A stretch of 64,000 nucleotides of DNA. It comes from the human T2T-CHM13v2.0 reference genome, Homo sapiens. The stretch spans positions 20,544,001 to 20,608,000 of the forward strand of contig CP068257.2 in assembly GCA_009914755.4 (NCBI GenBank). The letters are read 5' to 3'. The notes beneath the pieces are model-generated. The model was not told where the DNA came from, searched no databases, and saw only the letters and a program-made list of their open reading frames with translations. Of the stretch, positions 1 to 13,350 are shown piece after piece (the first letter of the stretch is position 1; each line of letters opens with the position of its first letter). The translations under genes and the position numbers were made by a program.

Positions 1-859
1 CACTCTAGCTACAGCCATGGATAAAAGTACCCCAGATAAATGTCAGGCTGCTGCTCCATTTGTTGCCAAACATAAACCTTGGTAGACTTTTACGTGGTGT
101 TAAGCTTGAGGATACACAGAGGGCGAGAGTTGAGGCTTGGGAGACTCTGCCTAGATTTCAGAGGATGTGTGAATATGCCTAGACGTCCAGGCAGAAGTCT
201 GGTACAGAGCCAGAGCTCTCACAGAAAACCCCTGCAAGGGCAGTGCAGAAAGAAAATGTGGGCTTGGAGCCCCTACACAGAGTCCCCACTGGGACACTGT
301 GTGGAGTTGTGAAAAGAGAGCCACTGTCCTTCAGACCCTGGAATTATAGATGCACTGGCAGCTTGCACTATGTGCTTGGAAAAGCTACAGACACTCAACA
401 TCAGCCCTTGAAAGCCACCATGGGATCTGAGTCCCACAGAGCCACAGGGGTACAGCTACCCAAGGCTTTGGGAGCCCACCCCTTGCATTAGTGTGGCCTG
501 GATGTGATGACACATGGGGTCAAAGATTATTTTGGAGCTTTAGGATTTAATGACTGCCTTGCTGGGGGTTGGACTTTCGTGGGGCCTGTAGCCCCTTTGT
601 TTTGGCTGATTTCTCCCTTTTGAAATGGGTGTATTTACCCAATGCTTTTACCCCCATTGTATCTTTGAAGTAACTAACTTGCTTTTTATTTTAGAGGCTC
701 ATGGGTGGAAGGAACTTGCCTTGTCTTGGATGAGACTTTGGACTGTGAACTTTTAAATTAATGCTGAAATGAGTTAAGATGTGCGGGACTGTTGAGAAGG
801 GATGATTACATTTTGTAACGTGAGAAGGACATGAGATTTGGGAGGGGTCAGTGGTGGAA
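1..859 (+). mobile_element. ERVL-MaLR (THE1/MST-type) internal region, 3' portion, cut by the window start
   Basis: Co-linear over several hundred bp with the MaLR internal sequence at about 62990-63867 of this same window. Shared blocks in the same order include cctagatttcaga(g/a)gatgt, ccccactggg..ctgtgtggag/ctagtggagctgtga(a/g)aagag.gccac, catcagcc/cctg, ggcctgtagcccctttgttttggc, aatgggtgtatttacc and gatgagactttggact. It runs straight into a MaLR LTR at 860. Confidence 0.7.
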
Positions 860-1242
860 TGATATGATTTGGATTTGTGTCACCTCCCAAATTACACATT
901 ACATCGTAAGCCCCAATGTTAGAGTTGGGGCCTGGTGGGAGGCAATTGGATCATGAAGGTGGATTTCCCCTTTGATGCTGTTCTTGTGATAGTAAGTAAG
1001 TTATCATGAGATCAGGTTGTTTAAAAGTGTGTAGGACCTCCTGCCCCTTTCTCTTCCTCCCGTAAGATGTACCTCCTTCCCCTTCACCTTCTGCCATGAT
1101 TGTAAATAAGTTTCCTGAGGTCTCCCCAGCCATGTTTCCTGTACAACTTGCAAAACTGTGTCAATTAAACTTCTTTTTTTAAAAAAATAAATTATCCAGC
1201 CTTGGGTAGTTATTTATAGCAATGTGTGAACAGACTAATATA
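860..1242 (+). mobile_element. MaLR LTR (MST/THE1-like, diverged), 3' LTR of the element that starts upstream of the window
   Basis: Starts tgatatgatttggatttgtgtcacctcccaaat, against the THE1/MST consensus start TGATATGGTTTGGCTGTGTCCCCACCCAAATCTC. Contains ccttcaccttctgccatgattgt..cctgaggtctccccagccatgt and ends ..ttatccagccttgggtagttatttatagcaatgtgtgaacagactaata, against cccagtctcgggtatgtctttattagcagcatgagaatggactaataca. It is about 383 bp, the expected LTR length. Confidence 0.75.
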
Positions 1243-1276
1243 ACTGTGCAAAAGAAAGACATAGAAGTCAGTGTTA

Positions 1277-1915
1277 GGCAAGATGGCCAAATAGGAACAG
1301 CTCTTGTCTGCAGTTGCCAGTGAGACCAACACAAAAGGCTGGTGATTTCTGCATTTCCAACTGAGGTACCCAGTTCATCTCATTGGGACTCGTTACGTAG
1401 CGGGTGCAGTCTACGGTGGGCAAGCAGAAACAGGGTGGGGCTCTGCCTCACCCAAACGTGCAAGGAGCCGGGGACCTCCCTCCCCCAGCCAAGGGAAGCT
1501 GTGAGGGACCGTGCTATCCAGCGGAGATACTATATTTTTCCCATGGTTTTTGCAATCTGCAGACCAGGAGATTCCCTTGTGTTCCTACACCACCAGGGCC
1601 CTGGATTTCAAGCACAAAACTGGGCAGTTGTTTGGGCAGACACCAAGCTAGCTGCATGAGGTTTTCCCTTTTCATACTTCAGTGGTGCCTGGAACTCCAG
1701 CAAGAGAGAACCATTTACTCCTGTGGAAAGGGGGATGAAGCCAGGGAGCCAAGTGGTCTCACTCAGTGGGTCCCACTCCCACAGAGCCCAGCAAGCTAAG
1801 AACCACTGGCTGGACATTCTCGTTGCCAGCACAGCCGTCTGAAGTTGACCTGGGACGATCAAGCTTGGTGGGGGAAGGGGTGTCTGCCATTACTGAGGCT
1901 TGAGTAGGCAGTTTT
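1277..1915 (+). mobile_element. L1 (older L1PA-type) 5'UTR fragment. It begins within about 10 bp of the canonical L1 5' end and stops about 560 bp into the UTR.
   Basis: ggcaagatggccaaataggaacagctc..tctgcag..ggtgatttctgcatttccaactgaggtacccagttcatctcattgggac matches the L1 5'UTR start GGAGCCAAGATGGCCGAATAGGAACAGCTCC..GGTGATTTCTGCATTTCCATCTGAGGTACCGGGTTCATCTCACTAGGGAG. Similarity continues to about gcttgagtaggcag. The track ORFs 1342-1659 and 1404-1799 lie inside this UTR and are not genes. Confidence 0.8.
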
Positions 1916-3066
1916 CCCATACCATTTCTGCAAAAATTTGTGGGTTAAGAAGAATGTTGGGTAGAAACAGCCAAGGTCATGTGTGTGACTTCAACCTTTT
2001 ATTTTACTTTACTTTTCTCTGTCATGGTGGTTAATAGGTATAAAAATGAATAGTATTATTACTCTTAAGAATGAAATCAAGGCAATTTGATAAGAATATG
2101 GAAATGCATGACATTTTGTGACAGACATTTTGTCTATTAGCCTTTATTCTTTTTTTTAGTGAGTGTATTACATTATTTGCATATTTAGTGTAAAGATAAT
2201 AGGTTTTATCTACGGTGAAACTCTTTTTGATAATTTATCCATAATTGAATTCGGCTCTTAGTTGGTATCTTGTGTGTATGTAAGTTTGTGTAGTTTAGCA
2301 TCCTTGTATTATATTGCATGGGTTACTGCTTCAAAAAATTATGCGCCAAGGAGATAAATGTCAAGCTCAAAAAGTTCAAATTCTTAATTAAATCACCTGC
2401 CTTTTTTTCTCAGACACAGTGCATAGCAAATGGTCCAAATTTTAAGCAACACTGAGTTACTCTCTTCAATTTGACTAGCTTTGTTTTTTAGCTGCAAAAT
2501 CTTCTTAGACTTAACAATATTTAACAAAAATGTATTGTGTGATACATTTACTTTTGGAGTGTGTGATCACTGTCAGTTGTATGATATTTTGCAGTATTTT
2601 CAGAGAAGTGTTGTATATTAACAATGATTGTATCCTTAAGTTGAATGATTGAATAATTGTCTTTTAGAAGTGATTTGGAAATAGTAAAATGAATGTGAGT
2701 TGACAGATACCAGTGATTTTAACAAGCCATTCAGAAACTACTCCATGTGATTTACGTGAGCTTTAACCCCTCAGTTTTAATGTGAGCTCAACTGAATGGC
2801 CAAATATATTGCAATCATTTATATATTGCAATCCCCTGGGATTCTAGAGTTTAAAAAATATAGGATTGTTCTCTTAGTGCTAGACGGTTAAATCCTTTAG
2901 AGAATGTACAATAACTTTTTTAATAAGAGCAGTGGTGACTACATCAAACCTACTGTGGAGTAAGCTGTTCCTATAATCATTGAGTAAATTAAAATTTATG
3001 AATTTATGAGTTTTATCTAATACACGAAACAGATAATGAATACATTAAGTACATATTGTCTCTATA

Positions 3067-3420
3067 CAGTTGTCCCTTGATATCCATGGAAGATTGTTTC
3101 CAGGATTCCCCATGGATACCAAAATTCACAGATGCTCAAGTCCTTTATATAAAATGATATCATATTTGCATATAACCTATGCAGATCCTCTCATACACTT
3201 TAAATAATCTCTGGGCCACTTATAATACTTAATGAGATATAAATTCGATGTAAATAGTTGATAAATGGTATTATTTAGGGATTAAGGACAAGAACAAAAT
3301 GTCTATACATGTTCAGTACAGACGCAACCACCTATCTCTTTTTTTTCCCTGAACATTTTCTATCCCTGTGGGTTTTGTGGTTGAATCCATGGATTCATGG
3401 AACCTATGGAGGGCTAACTG
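3067..3420. mobile_element. Nonautonomous DNA transposon (Tigger/pogo-like MITE, about 355 bp). The exact family name is uncertain.
   Basis: Terminal inverted repeats: 5' cagttgtcccttgatatccatgga. The reverse complement of the 3' end is cagttagccctccataggttccatgaatccatgga. The internal sequence gatgctcaagtcctttatataaaatg..tttgcatataacctatgca..atgttcagtacagacgcaacc matches a very common human MITE consensus that I recall. Confidence 0.5.
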
Positions 3421-3867
3421 CATTGGCTTCCCTGTATCCTTTGAGAAACTGCTTCTCCTTTGCTCCATATAATTAGGGTGAAGCCGCAAGTCCTATGATC
3501 CTGCCTTTCATGTCGTGAAGATGCATATAAGACCCACGTTGGCCTATCTGTGTCAATTCCATCTCCTTGGATACGTGATTGTGTGGCGATGGGGATTAGT
3601 AAGTGACTAAGCAAAGCCAGAAAGCTTTCACTGATTAAGAATGCTAAAGACGTTGTCTGAATGAAGCGACAAATATCAGTTTTAAAATTTAGAACAAACT
3701 GCCTAACAGGTTAGTATAGAACAAATCAGACCTTATGAAGAGAGAAGTGTAAGGGTATGAGAATATGTGTGCAGTTATGTGCGTGCATGTGCATATAGAC
3801 TTGTGTGAGTTTGGCTGAAGGGTAAATATTTGATGATACTTTCTTTGTTCACACTGCTTGAACGAAC

Positions 3868-4175
3868 TACCACAAGTTGGTAGCTTATAAATGACAGCAA
3901 CTTATTTCTCAAAGTTCTGAAATCTGGGAAGTTCAAGGTCAAGGTGCTGGTGAGTATTAATTCTTCAATGACCGAGATTTTGTTGTGTTTTTACATAATG
4001 AAAAGGGCACACAAGCTTGCTTGGGCCTCTTTTATTAGATCACTGATATCATCCATAAGGGATTCACCCTCATGATATAATCAACTCCCAAAGCTCCCAC
4101 CTTTTAAAACTATCACACTGGGAATTAGGTTTCAAGGTAGGAATTTTGGGGTGATGCAAACATTCAGACCATAGT
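3868..4175 (+). mobile_element. Ancient LTR, MLT1-like (ERVL-MaLR class). Family assignment is tentative.
   Basis: ccacaagttggtagcttataaatgacagcaacttatttctcaaagttctgaaatctgggaagttcaaggtcaaggtgctggtg matches the remembered consensus ccataaactgggtggcttaaacaacagaaatttattctctcacagttctggaggctagaagtctgaaatcaaggtgtcggcag. The 3' end ..tcaccctcatgatataatcaactcccaaagctcccacc..ggtttcaaggtaggaattttggggtgatgcaaacattcagaccatag also matches. Confidence 0.45.
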
Positions 4176-4204
4176 AAGACTATTTGATTTTAATTCTGTT
4201 TTGG

Positions 4205-5810
4205 ATTAATCCATTTCTTTTATTTTATTGTAGATTACTACAAGCTTAAGATGAGCACTGTCCTCCTAATTACTTACAAGTGTACAGAATAATATTGCTG
4301 AGTGTAGGTATGATGTTTTTCAGCAGATCTCTAGAGCTTGTTCATCTTGCTTGACTAAAACTTCACAACTGTCGATTGGTACTCCCCATGTTTTTTCCCC
4401 CAGCCCCTAGTAAACACCAATCTACTCTCAATTTGATTAATTTAGATAACACATATAAGTGAAATCACAATATATTTGTCTTTTTGTAGTGAACTTATTT
4501 CACTTATAGGTTTTCAGGTTCATCCATTTGTTGTCTATGCAGAATATTTTCTTTTTTTGACTGAATAATATTCTTTTGCATACATATGCTGCATTTTCTT
4601 TATCTACTCATCTGTCAATGGACATTTGGGGTGTTTCTATATCTTGGCTATGGTGAATAATACTGCAATAAATATAGAAGTACACATATCTCTCTGAGAT
4701 CTTGATTTTAATTCTTTTAGATAAATATTCAGTATATACCCAAAGGACTATAAATCATACTGCTATAAAGACACATGCACACGTATGTTTATTGCGGCAT
4801 TATTCACAATAGCAAAGACTTGGAACCAACCCAAATGTCCAACAATGATAGACTAGATTAAGAAAATGTGGCACATATACACCATGGCATACTATGCAGC
4901 CATAAAAAATGATGAGTTCATGTCCTTTGTAGGGACATGGATGAAATTGGAAATCATCATTCTCGGTAAACTATCGCAAGAACAAAAAACCAAACACCGC
5001 ATATTCTCACTCATAGGTGGGAATTGAACAATGAGATCACATGGACACAAGAAGGGGAACATCACACTCTGGTGACTGTTGTGGGGTGGGGGGACGGGGG
5101 AGGGATAGCATCGGGAGATATACCTAATGCTAGATGAGGAGTTAGTGGGTGCAGCGCACCAGCATGGCACATGTATACATATGTAACTAACCTGCACAAT
5201 GTGCACATGTACCCTAAAACTTAAAGTATAATAATAAAAAAAATAAAAATAAAATTCAAAAGTGGGATTGCTGGATTATATAATAGTTCTATTTTACAGT
5301 TATGTGGAATATCCATATTGTTTTATATAGCTTCTGTACCATGTTGCCTTCTCACCAACAGTGTGCATGGGTTCTAGTTTCTCTATATCCTTAAAAATAT
5401 TTGCTGTGCTTTTTTTTTTTTTTTACATAATAGCCTTCCTGACATGTCTAAGATGCTATGTCATTGTGCTTTTTATTTGCATTTCCCTGATGAATAGTGA
5501 GGTTGAACATTTTTAAATATACTTATTGGTCATTTGTATGTCTTCTCTGGAGACATGTCTGTTCAAACTTTTCCGTATTTTTAAAACAGATTACTGACTT
5601 ATTTACCATTGCATTGTAGGAGTTCCTTATATACTTTGGAAATTAATTCCTTATTAGAAATATGGTTGGCAAATATTTTACGCTATTTCGTAGGTTGTCT
5701 TTTCACTCCATTGATTGCTTCCTTTCCTGTGCAGTGAATAAAGCCACTTTGATTTAAATTTATGAGTTAAGTTTTTGTTTTGTGTTTTACTTCATGTTTT
5801 TTAAAAGTTG
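4205..5810 (-). mobile_element. Older L1 (L1PB/L1MA-like) 3' end and ORF2 3' region, antisense on the + strand, split by a younger L1 insertion
   Basis: The + strand reads the reverse complement of L1: tttattgtag..ttaagtgtacag.., cccccagcccctagtaaacaccaatctactctcaatttgat, gaaatcacaatatatttgtctttttgtagtgaacttatttcacttataggttttcaggttcatccat, ggctatggtgaataatactgcaataaat. After the insert it continues agtgggattgctggattatat, tgcatttccctgatgaatagtgaggttgaacattttt, tttgtatgtcttctctggagacatgtctgttcaaac, gttccttatatactttgg. Confidence 0.75.
4737..5262 (+). mobile_element. Young L1PA 3' end (L1PA2-4-like, pre-Ta) with a poly-A tail, nested in the older antisense L1
   Basis: tatatacccaaaggactataaatcatactgctataaagacacatgcacacgtatgtttattgcggcattattcacaatagcaaagacttggaaccaacccaaatgtccaac..gggagggatagcatcgggagatatacctaatgctagatgaggagttagtgggtgcagcgcaccagcatggcacatgtatacatatgtaactaacctgcacaatgtgcacatgtaccctaaaacttaaagtataataataaaaaaaataaaaataaaa is only a few percent from the L1HS/L1PA2 3'UTR as recalled. 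It carries GAG rather than ACA at the Ta-diagnostic site. Flanking TSD is about ataaatattcag / ataaaattcaaaag. The track ORF 4892-5206(-) lies inside it. Confidence 0.85.
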
Positions 5811-6475
5811 ATTTAAGTTTAATATCTATTACTAGGAAGCTTTATTAATTCGAAATTATACTCCCAACTCAATAAAATATTTTAAAGATTATCTGACAAT
5901 TAAAATGCTGTAACAATAGTATTATTTTTTATGAACTACAACTACAATATGTGAATGCCATTTTTGTTTTTCTCCTAAATGTCACTGAAAAAAAGGAGAA
6001 CATTTTTGCCTCAAAATGTATATTTATGTGTTCCTTCCCATAATAAAATAACACTTCAGAATAGCCAACTTTACCTTAAAGGTTTTGTTCTAACTCTGTA
6101 TGTGTGCAATAAATACATTATTAAGAATTTATTATATACTAGATAGAGAAAGAAACTGAAAGCCAGACAGACAGACAGAGGTTACAACCTTCCTTTGTAC
6201 TTGTGGAGCAGTCGGGGAAATGGTACAAAGAAAGTAAGAAGGAATTCAATAAAAAGAAGTCAATAGACTAAATTTTTCGACAGGAGTGAAGACATAATTT
6301 GTGTTTAAAGGTATTCCAAAAATACTGTGATGAACAACCATTGACCACTTTAAGGGAGAAGCATTTTCTAACACAGTGGTGACAGCCTCTAACAGTGCTT
6401 ACATAAATAGCATATGATAGACGGTAATTAAATGTAGAAAAGCTTACACAAAACCCAGCTTCACTCAATGATTTA

Positions 6476-6902
6476 CTGGATAAAGAAAACGTGGCACATA
6501 TACACCATGGAATATTATGTAGCCATTAAAAGGATGAGTTCATGTTCTTTGCAGGGACGTGGATGAAGCTGGAAGCCATCATTCTCAGCAAACTCAGCAA
6601 ACATATTCTCAGCAAACACAGGCACAGAAAACCAAAAACTTCATGTTCTCACTCATAAGTGGGAGTTGAACAATGAGAACACATGGACACAGGGAGGGGA
6701 ACATCACACACTGGGGCCTGTCCGGGGGGTGGGGGCAAGGAGAGGGAGAGCATTAGGACAAATACCTAATGCATGTGGGGCTTAAAACCTAGATGAGGGG
6801 TTGATGGGTGCAGCAAACCACCATGGCACATGTATACCTATGTAACAAATCTGCATGTTCTGCACATGTATCCCAGAGCTTAAAGTAAAATTTAAAAAAA
6901 AA
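6476..6902 (+). mobile_element. L1PA (intermediate-age) 3'-terminal fragment with an A-rich tail
   Basis: aaaacgtggcacatatacaccatggaatattatgtagccattaaaaggatgagttcatgttctttgcagggacgtggatgaagctggaagccatcattctcagcaaact..ctcactcataagtgggagttgaacaatgagaacacatggacacagggaggggaacatcacacactggggcctgtc..cctaatgcatgtggggcttaaaacctagatgaggggttgatgggtgcagcaaaccaccatggcacatgtatacctatgtaacaaatctgcat..aaagtaaaatttaaaaaaaaaag is the L1PA 3'UTR. Confidence 0.85.
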
Positions 6903-7449
6903 AGAAAGAAAAATCTTCTTTGTCGGGGATTATCACTACATTTTTCACTGATTTGAGAGAAACATGCAGCTTTCTGTCTTTGAATGACTACAACTGTGGG
7001 AAATCATATTTATTTCCATCTTAAAAGTACATTCCTCGTGAACAGAGATATACCAAAGTCCTAAGAAGGCCTCAGTGACTAGTAGGTGTCATTTAAGTTT
7101 GCAGTAGGTGCACATGGAAGGCAAATCAATGATTTTTTTTTTTCTGTAAGGTTTAAGCAGATAAAGAAGAACTTTTGCAAAATGTCACTTGAAACTCAAA
7201 ATAAAATAGAAACTTATAGACGGTTCTCAAGACAGTGAGAGCAATGAAATAGTTTCTCCTTAAATCTCAAACAGTGTTTATTAACTATAAAAATAGAACA
7301 GTCAAAAGTCAGAACATTGTAAGATCTTTTCACAAACTTGTTTTTTCTCTCTACGTACACAAGCTTTACTTGCTAAGCAGGAAACTATGGAATTGTTTTT
7401 CCTTGTAAGTAAAAAAGTTAAATAGTTTTTTACCTCAGAAATAACTTGT

Positions 7450-7798
<349 letters not shown>

Positions 7799-9599
7799 TC
7801 ATTTATTTCTTTATATGGAATTTAGGATTTTAGCATCTAATATATACAATGTTCTTTTCAAGGCACCACAAGGCTATAGTTTTTGATACGTTTGACAAAT
7901 CTTATGCCCTCATTGAAGATATACTCTAGTAATAATATAATAATAGATATAATAAGCAGTGATATGATATATACATAATAAAAGTAACTAAGATTATATT
8001 CGTATTCATCTTTATTTTCATTTTAGTAACTACTTTGTATAGGTTGTATAAACATACATTATGTATTGTTATGAATGAGTAACTTTGTAGCCTTGGTTAA
8101 TGTTGAGTGATTTTAATATGGTAAGTATGGGAGTATTTTGAAAAAAAGTAGTAATTGCTAGACAAATATTTTAACTGCTATTATATTTTAAAAACACAGT
8201 TGCACTGAAATATACTGTCATTATTCAATTTAATTGAGTGCATTTTAGGACCAGGTGCTTGCTTACCCTCCCATTTAATTGGGTACTTGTTTTTTCCACC
8301 TTAAAGATTTTTCTTCAAGTGCGTTGCCACGTAACCAATGTATTTTCAACTTATAGTCAGTTCTTGATTACCTCCTGGGATTACTCCATTATGGATTACC
8401 TGTAACAAACTTTGCTTTTCAGAACTTATTGACATCGCTATCTTCTACACTTCTAATTAAGTCATTTCCTGACATTCAGGCTGTTTCCCCAACTAGTAAA
8501 GTCTGTTTTAAAAGTCAAACTAGTTTCTGACTGCATTTATACATTGTAAATTTCAGGCAACCATCATAGTTGAATAAGTTTTTCAATTTAAGTATTCAAA
8601 ATTTTCAAGGTATTAGGGAATATTTTCTTCTATCCAGGAAAGTAAATCCAATAAATCAAAATGTTTAATGGCCATATTCAAATCTAAGTCATTACAAACC
8701 AGAAATATGACAATTACTGAGAGACATAAGGTCATAAAAGATGTATAGTTTTTCCTCATATTGTTATGCTTGAAGAATGTGAGTGGGTTGCAAGGGTACA
8801 GGGATCCATTCTTTGATCCTTCTCTCAAAGCATCTTTTCCACCGATTAGCTGATTTTTAAAATTAAATTTTAAAGAAACGTTTCCTAATTATGCATAGCA
8901 TTTTAATGCAAATTACTAATATCAGAAATGAGTATTTCTGAGATCAGTAAATATTTAGGCAAAATTCTAAGCCTTTGTATGTGGCACTCTTGAGAGGGAA
9001 GTAAGACACACATTCTCTCTCTCTGTTTTCATTAACTCATCTTCGAGGGTCAAGTCCTGTGGGGACAAATGAGTCCGTGACATTTTTCATAGTCACTTGC
9101 TCACCTGATGCTAACCTCACCCTCTTCACTGCTGAAATGCTATTTTTGTAATCCTACTCACAGCTCCGTGCCTTATTTCTTAGCATCTCTGGAATTGCCT
9201 ATATTTGCTCATGTACAAATCCTACAACATTGTTTCACACAGACCTTACAATTGCATATTGATTATGCCTTTTCATGTTGTTTCTACATGTGCTGCCTTT
9301 TGTTAGAGGAATCTTTCTCTTCCTAAAGTGTTCTACACCCAATACTCTCAAAGTAGTAAGACCCAAAAACTAAACAGTGCTGTATTCCTATGAGTATTCA
9401 CTGAACTGGGGCTGCGTGGAAATACATCCACATATAAGTCAAGTGGCCCTCTCCTATAGATTCAATTAGACTCTTAAAGTCCATAAGAACAACATCTATA
9501 GTTTAAATTTAGGTAAGTAGATGCCCTGCCAAAAATACTTAGGTAATTATATATTATATAAGTCACATAAATGTAACATAATATAAAATATGTATTTTA

Positions 9600-9960
9600 T
9601 TATTCTATATATGCATAACTACAGAGACACAAGCATTCATACACATACACATGTATACACATAAATACATGAGTATAATTACATATACATGTGTATGTAA
9701 TTATGTATGTATAATCACATATACATGTGTATGTAATTATGTATGTATAATCACATAAACACAAGTATGCATATGTAACTATGTATATTATATGCATAAT
9801 TACATATGCCCATGTATGTGTATGCAATTATGTATATTATGTATGTATAATTACATATACACATATGTGTAATTATACACATATATGTATTTATGTGTAT
9901 ACATGTGTATGTGTATGAATGCTTGTGTCTCTATGTAGTTATGCACATATAGCATAATGT
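9600..9960. repeat. AT/TG-rich imperfect palindrome (about 360 bp) with tandem 36-mer copies in the arms
   Basis: 9601-9680 tattctatatatgcataactacagagacacaagcattcatacacatacacatgtatacacataaatacatgagtataatt has its reverse complement aattatac.catgtatttatgtgtatacatgtgtatgtgtatgaatgcttgtgtctct.tgtagttatgca.atata..ataa at 9881-9962, with about 5 mismatches. The interior carries acatatacatgtgtatgtaattatgtatgtataatc as two tandem copies and partly inverted copies. Confidence 0.6.
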
Positions 9961-10902
9961 AATAAATACATATTTATATATATGCACTTCCAGTTCTAGC
10001 TGTCTTGCTTAAAATTTCTTCCTCCATTTACCTCTTTCCTCTGTCCCTTTACTGTAAGTACCAAGAAAAAAATGAGCTGCATCTTCAACACTTGCTTGAA
10101 AATTTCCTCCAGTAAATATCCAAATTTATTGCTTACAAATTCTGCTTTCTATATATCTGTAGGTTGCACATTTGATTCTATCACAAGCAGGATATCAAGA
10201 GTTATAAATAGTAGGCATTTGACTTAAGAGCTAGAAAGAAAGCTAGGAAAAGTTCAAGTTTCTAAGTCATCACTTATGGATAAAGTACATAAAGCAATTC
10301 CATTGAAATGAATTCCCTCAACACTAAAATAAATGTTGCAAAAAATTATCCTCACAAAATATATTTTTTGTAACACTCTCCATTCTTCTAAATAATTATC
10401 TAAACTTTTCTTGTCTTTGCTTATTATTGACATTTTCAACTCTTTGTTAGACTGTAAATATTTAAATATTTATTTACACTTTTTCTAGGAATGCTGTAAA
10501 TATGCATCATGTCAATCAGTAGATAAACAAAATAGAAGAAAAGAATGTGATCTGTCTATATCACTTAAATATGAGATACTTCACATCATTATCTTAGGTT
10601 TTCACATATGTGTACCTTTTAAGGAGAATTAAATAATTTTGGCATGAATAAAATATGAGTAGTGAACTGTATACCCAGTCTAAATAGTTGAAAATTCAAC
10701 ACAAACTATGTTGAGTAATATTGAAAATTGCATAAAAATGTCTTTGGTAGACTTTTAGTTTATCTATTAGTATCTATCCACGTATCATTTATCTGCCTAT
10801 CTTTCTATGATGTATCTATCTATGTATTTTTGTATCCCTGTATTATAAGTACATATAAGCTTACTAAAAGGATCTGAGCAACACAACTGGGGATATTTCT
10901 AG

Positions 10903-11607
<705 letters not shown>

Positions 11608-12924
11608 TGTCATTCAATCTTCTTATACTACAGTTTCCTCTTCCAAAAGCAGGGCAAATACCTACCTAATAGAATTATTTCAAATGTCATGTATTAAATA
11701 CACAATGGTGTTCTTTTTTTTTCCTTGCTCTCTGCATATACCTCCTGATTAGTTCTGTTTCCCTAATCCTTCAAACTTACCATCAAAGCATAAAAAAAAT
11801 TGTAGCAAGGTATTTTTAACTATAAAACAAAAGGTTCATTGCCCTTTGTGTTCGATTAATTTATTTATTCATCGAAGACATACTTTAGTAAACATATGTA
11901 TATGCCACCGTTATAGGTACTAGAAAAAAATAGTTTTAAACAAGAAAGACAAGCTATTTTTTTCTAACAGAGTTTACTGACTAGAGGAGAATATGGATAA
12001 TAAATAGACTATGAAATGAATTTAATTACAGCGGTAAGTACTCTAAATAAATCAAAGCATGGTAATGAGATAGAGAATCATTGAAGTCTATTTATATGGT
12101 ACTTAGGAGGGGTATTTTCAATTAATTCCTATTAAGACAGAGACCTGAATAAGTGGAGAGACAATTATGTGAATATTTGGGGAATAATTACCTAGGAAGA
12201 AAAAAAGTTGAGAAAGCCAAAATAGCATTGATATAGTTGTATTACATCAGATCGGTATGATTATAGAAATAAAAGTTTAATAACAGAGGAACTTGATAGA
12301 AAACGAAGCTGAGGAAACACATACAGATGGAATCCCGGAAGGCCTCATGTGAATTATGGTAAGAATTTTAAATTGTATTTAATATTTAAGGTGCTAGAGT
12401 ATTGAGACCAAATGACAAAAAAAAAATGAATTGTGTTTTTAAAAGAATTTTCACTGCTATGTGGAGAATGTAGAGAAAGAAGAGTAGAATCATGAAGACC
12501 ACTTTGAATCTTTTGCCATGGAATGCATTACATTTGTTTACGGGTGGATGAGAAAATAGACACATTTTCCCCCAAAATAAGTCACTTCACTATCATCAAG
12601 CTGATAAGAACATTTTCATTAAAAATAGAAAGAAAAATATGGTCTCTCTCCACACTTAATGACTTCCCTTTATTTGAAAAAATACAGCATAAAAGTCTTT
12701 GGGCATAGTGCTATAAAATGAATAATTATGGATAAAAGATTCAAGAATTATGGACATATTTCTATCCCAAAAGATAAAGGTTTTGCTAAGTTGATGGCAC
12801 TACCGGCTATTACCCTTTGCTCTTTCCTTATCTATACACTTTCAAGTGTAACCTTACAGTGCGGTCTATAACGGGCAAGGCTTTCTGCACTGCCCCTTGA
12901 TTCTGAGCTCAGTCACTTGATTAA

Positions 12925-13350
12925 CTTTTTTTTCTTATAAATGTAAGGGTATAAGTGCAGTTCAATTACATGGATATATTGCATAGTGGTGAAGTCTGGG
13001 CTTTTAGTGTAACCATCACCCAAATAATGTGCATAGTACCCATTAAGTAATTTTTTCTCCCTCACACCCCTCCAACGCTGTCAACATTCTGAATCTCCGG
13101 TGTCTATTATTCCACATGCTATGACCATGCGTACATATTACTTAACTCCCGCTTATAAATGAGAACATACAGTATTTGGCTTTGTGTTTCTGAGTTGTTT
13201 CTCTAAGACAGTGGTCATCAATTCCATCCACGTTACTACAAAAGACATAATTTTATAATTTTTATGGGTAAATCGTACTCCATCTATGTTGCTGCAAAAG
13301 ACATTATTTTATGGGTAAAGAGTATTTCATTGTTATATCACATTCACCTT
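12925..13350 (-). mobile_element. L1 (L1PA/L1PB-type) 3'UTR and 3' end fragment, antisense
   Basis: ttttttttcttataaatgtaagggtataagtgcagttcaattacatggatatattgcatagtggtgaagtctgggcttttagtgtaaccatcacccaaataatgtgcatagtacccattaagtaattttttctccctcacacccctccaac and cccgcttataaatgagaacatacagtatttgg..catctatgttgctgcaaaagacat correspond to the reverse complement of the L1PA 3' region ..GTTGGAGGGGTGGGAGGGAGAGGATC..CCAAATACCACATGTTCTCACTTATAAGTGGGAG. Confidence 0.75.

Noticed and set aside
1342-1799. Track ORFs of 105 and 131 aa (1342-1659, 1404-1799)
   Set aside because: Both lie entirely inside an L1 5'UTR fragment. The 5'UTR is GC-rich and gives spurious open frames.
4737-5262. Young L1 fragment apparently joined to the old antisense L1 at the palindromic GGGTATATACCC motif (possible inverted homologous recombination or twin priming)
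   Set aside because: On inspection the old L1 retains its own degraded copy of the motif, agataaatattcag, before the junction and resumes with aagtgggattgctgg after the poly-A. A conventional TSD, ataaatattcag / ataaaattcaaaag, brackets the insert. It is therefore an ordinary target-primed insertion, not a recombination junction.
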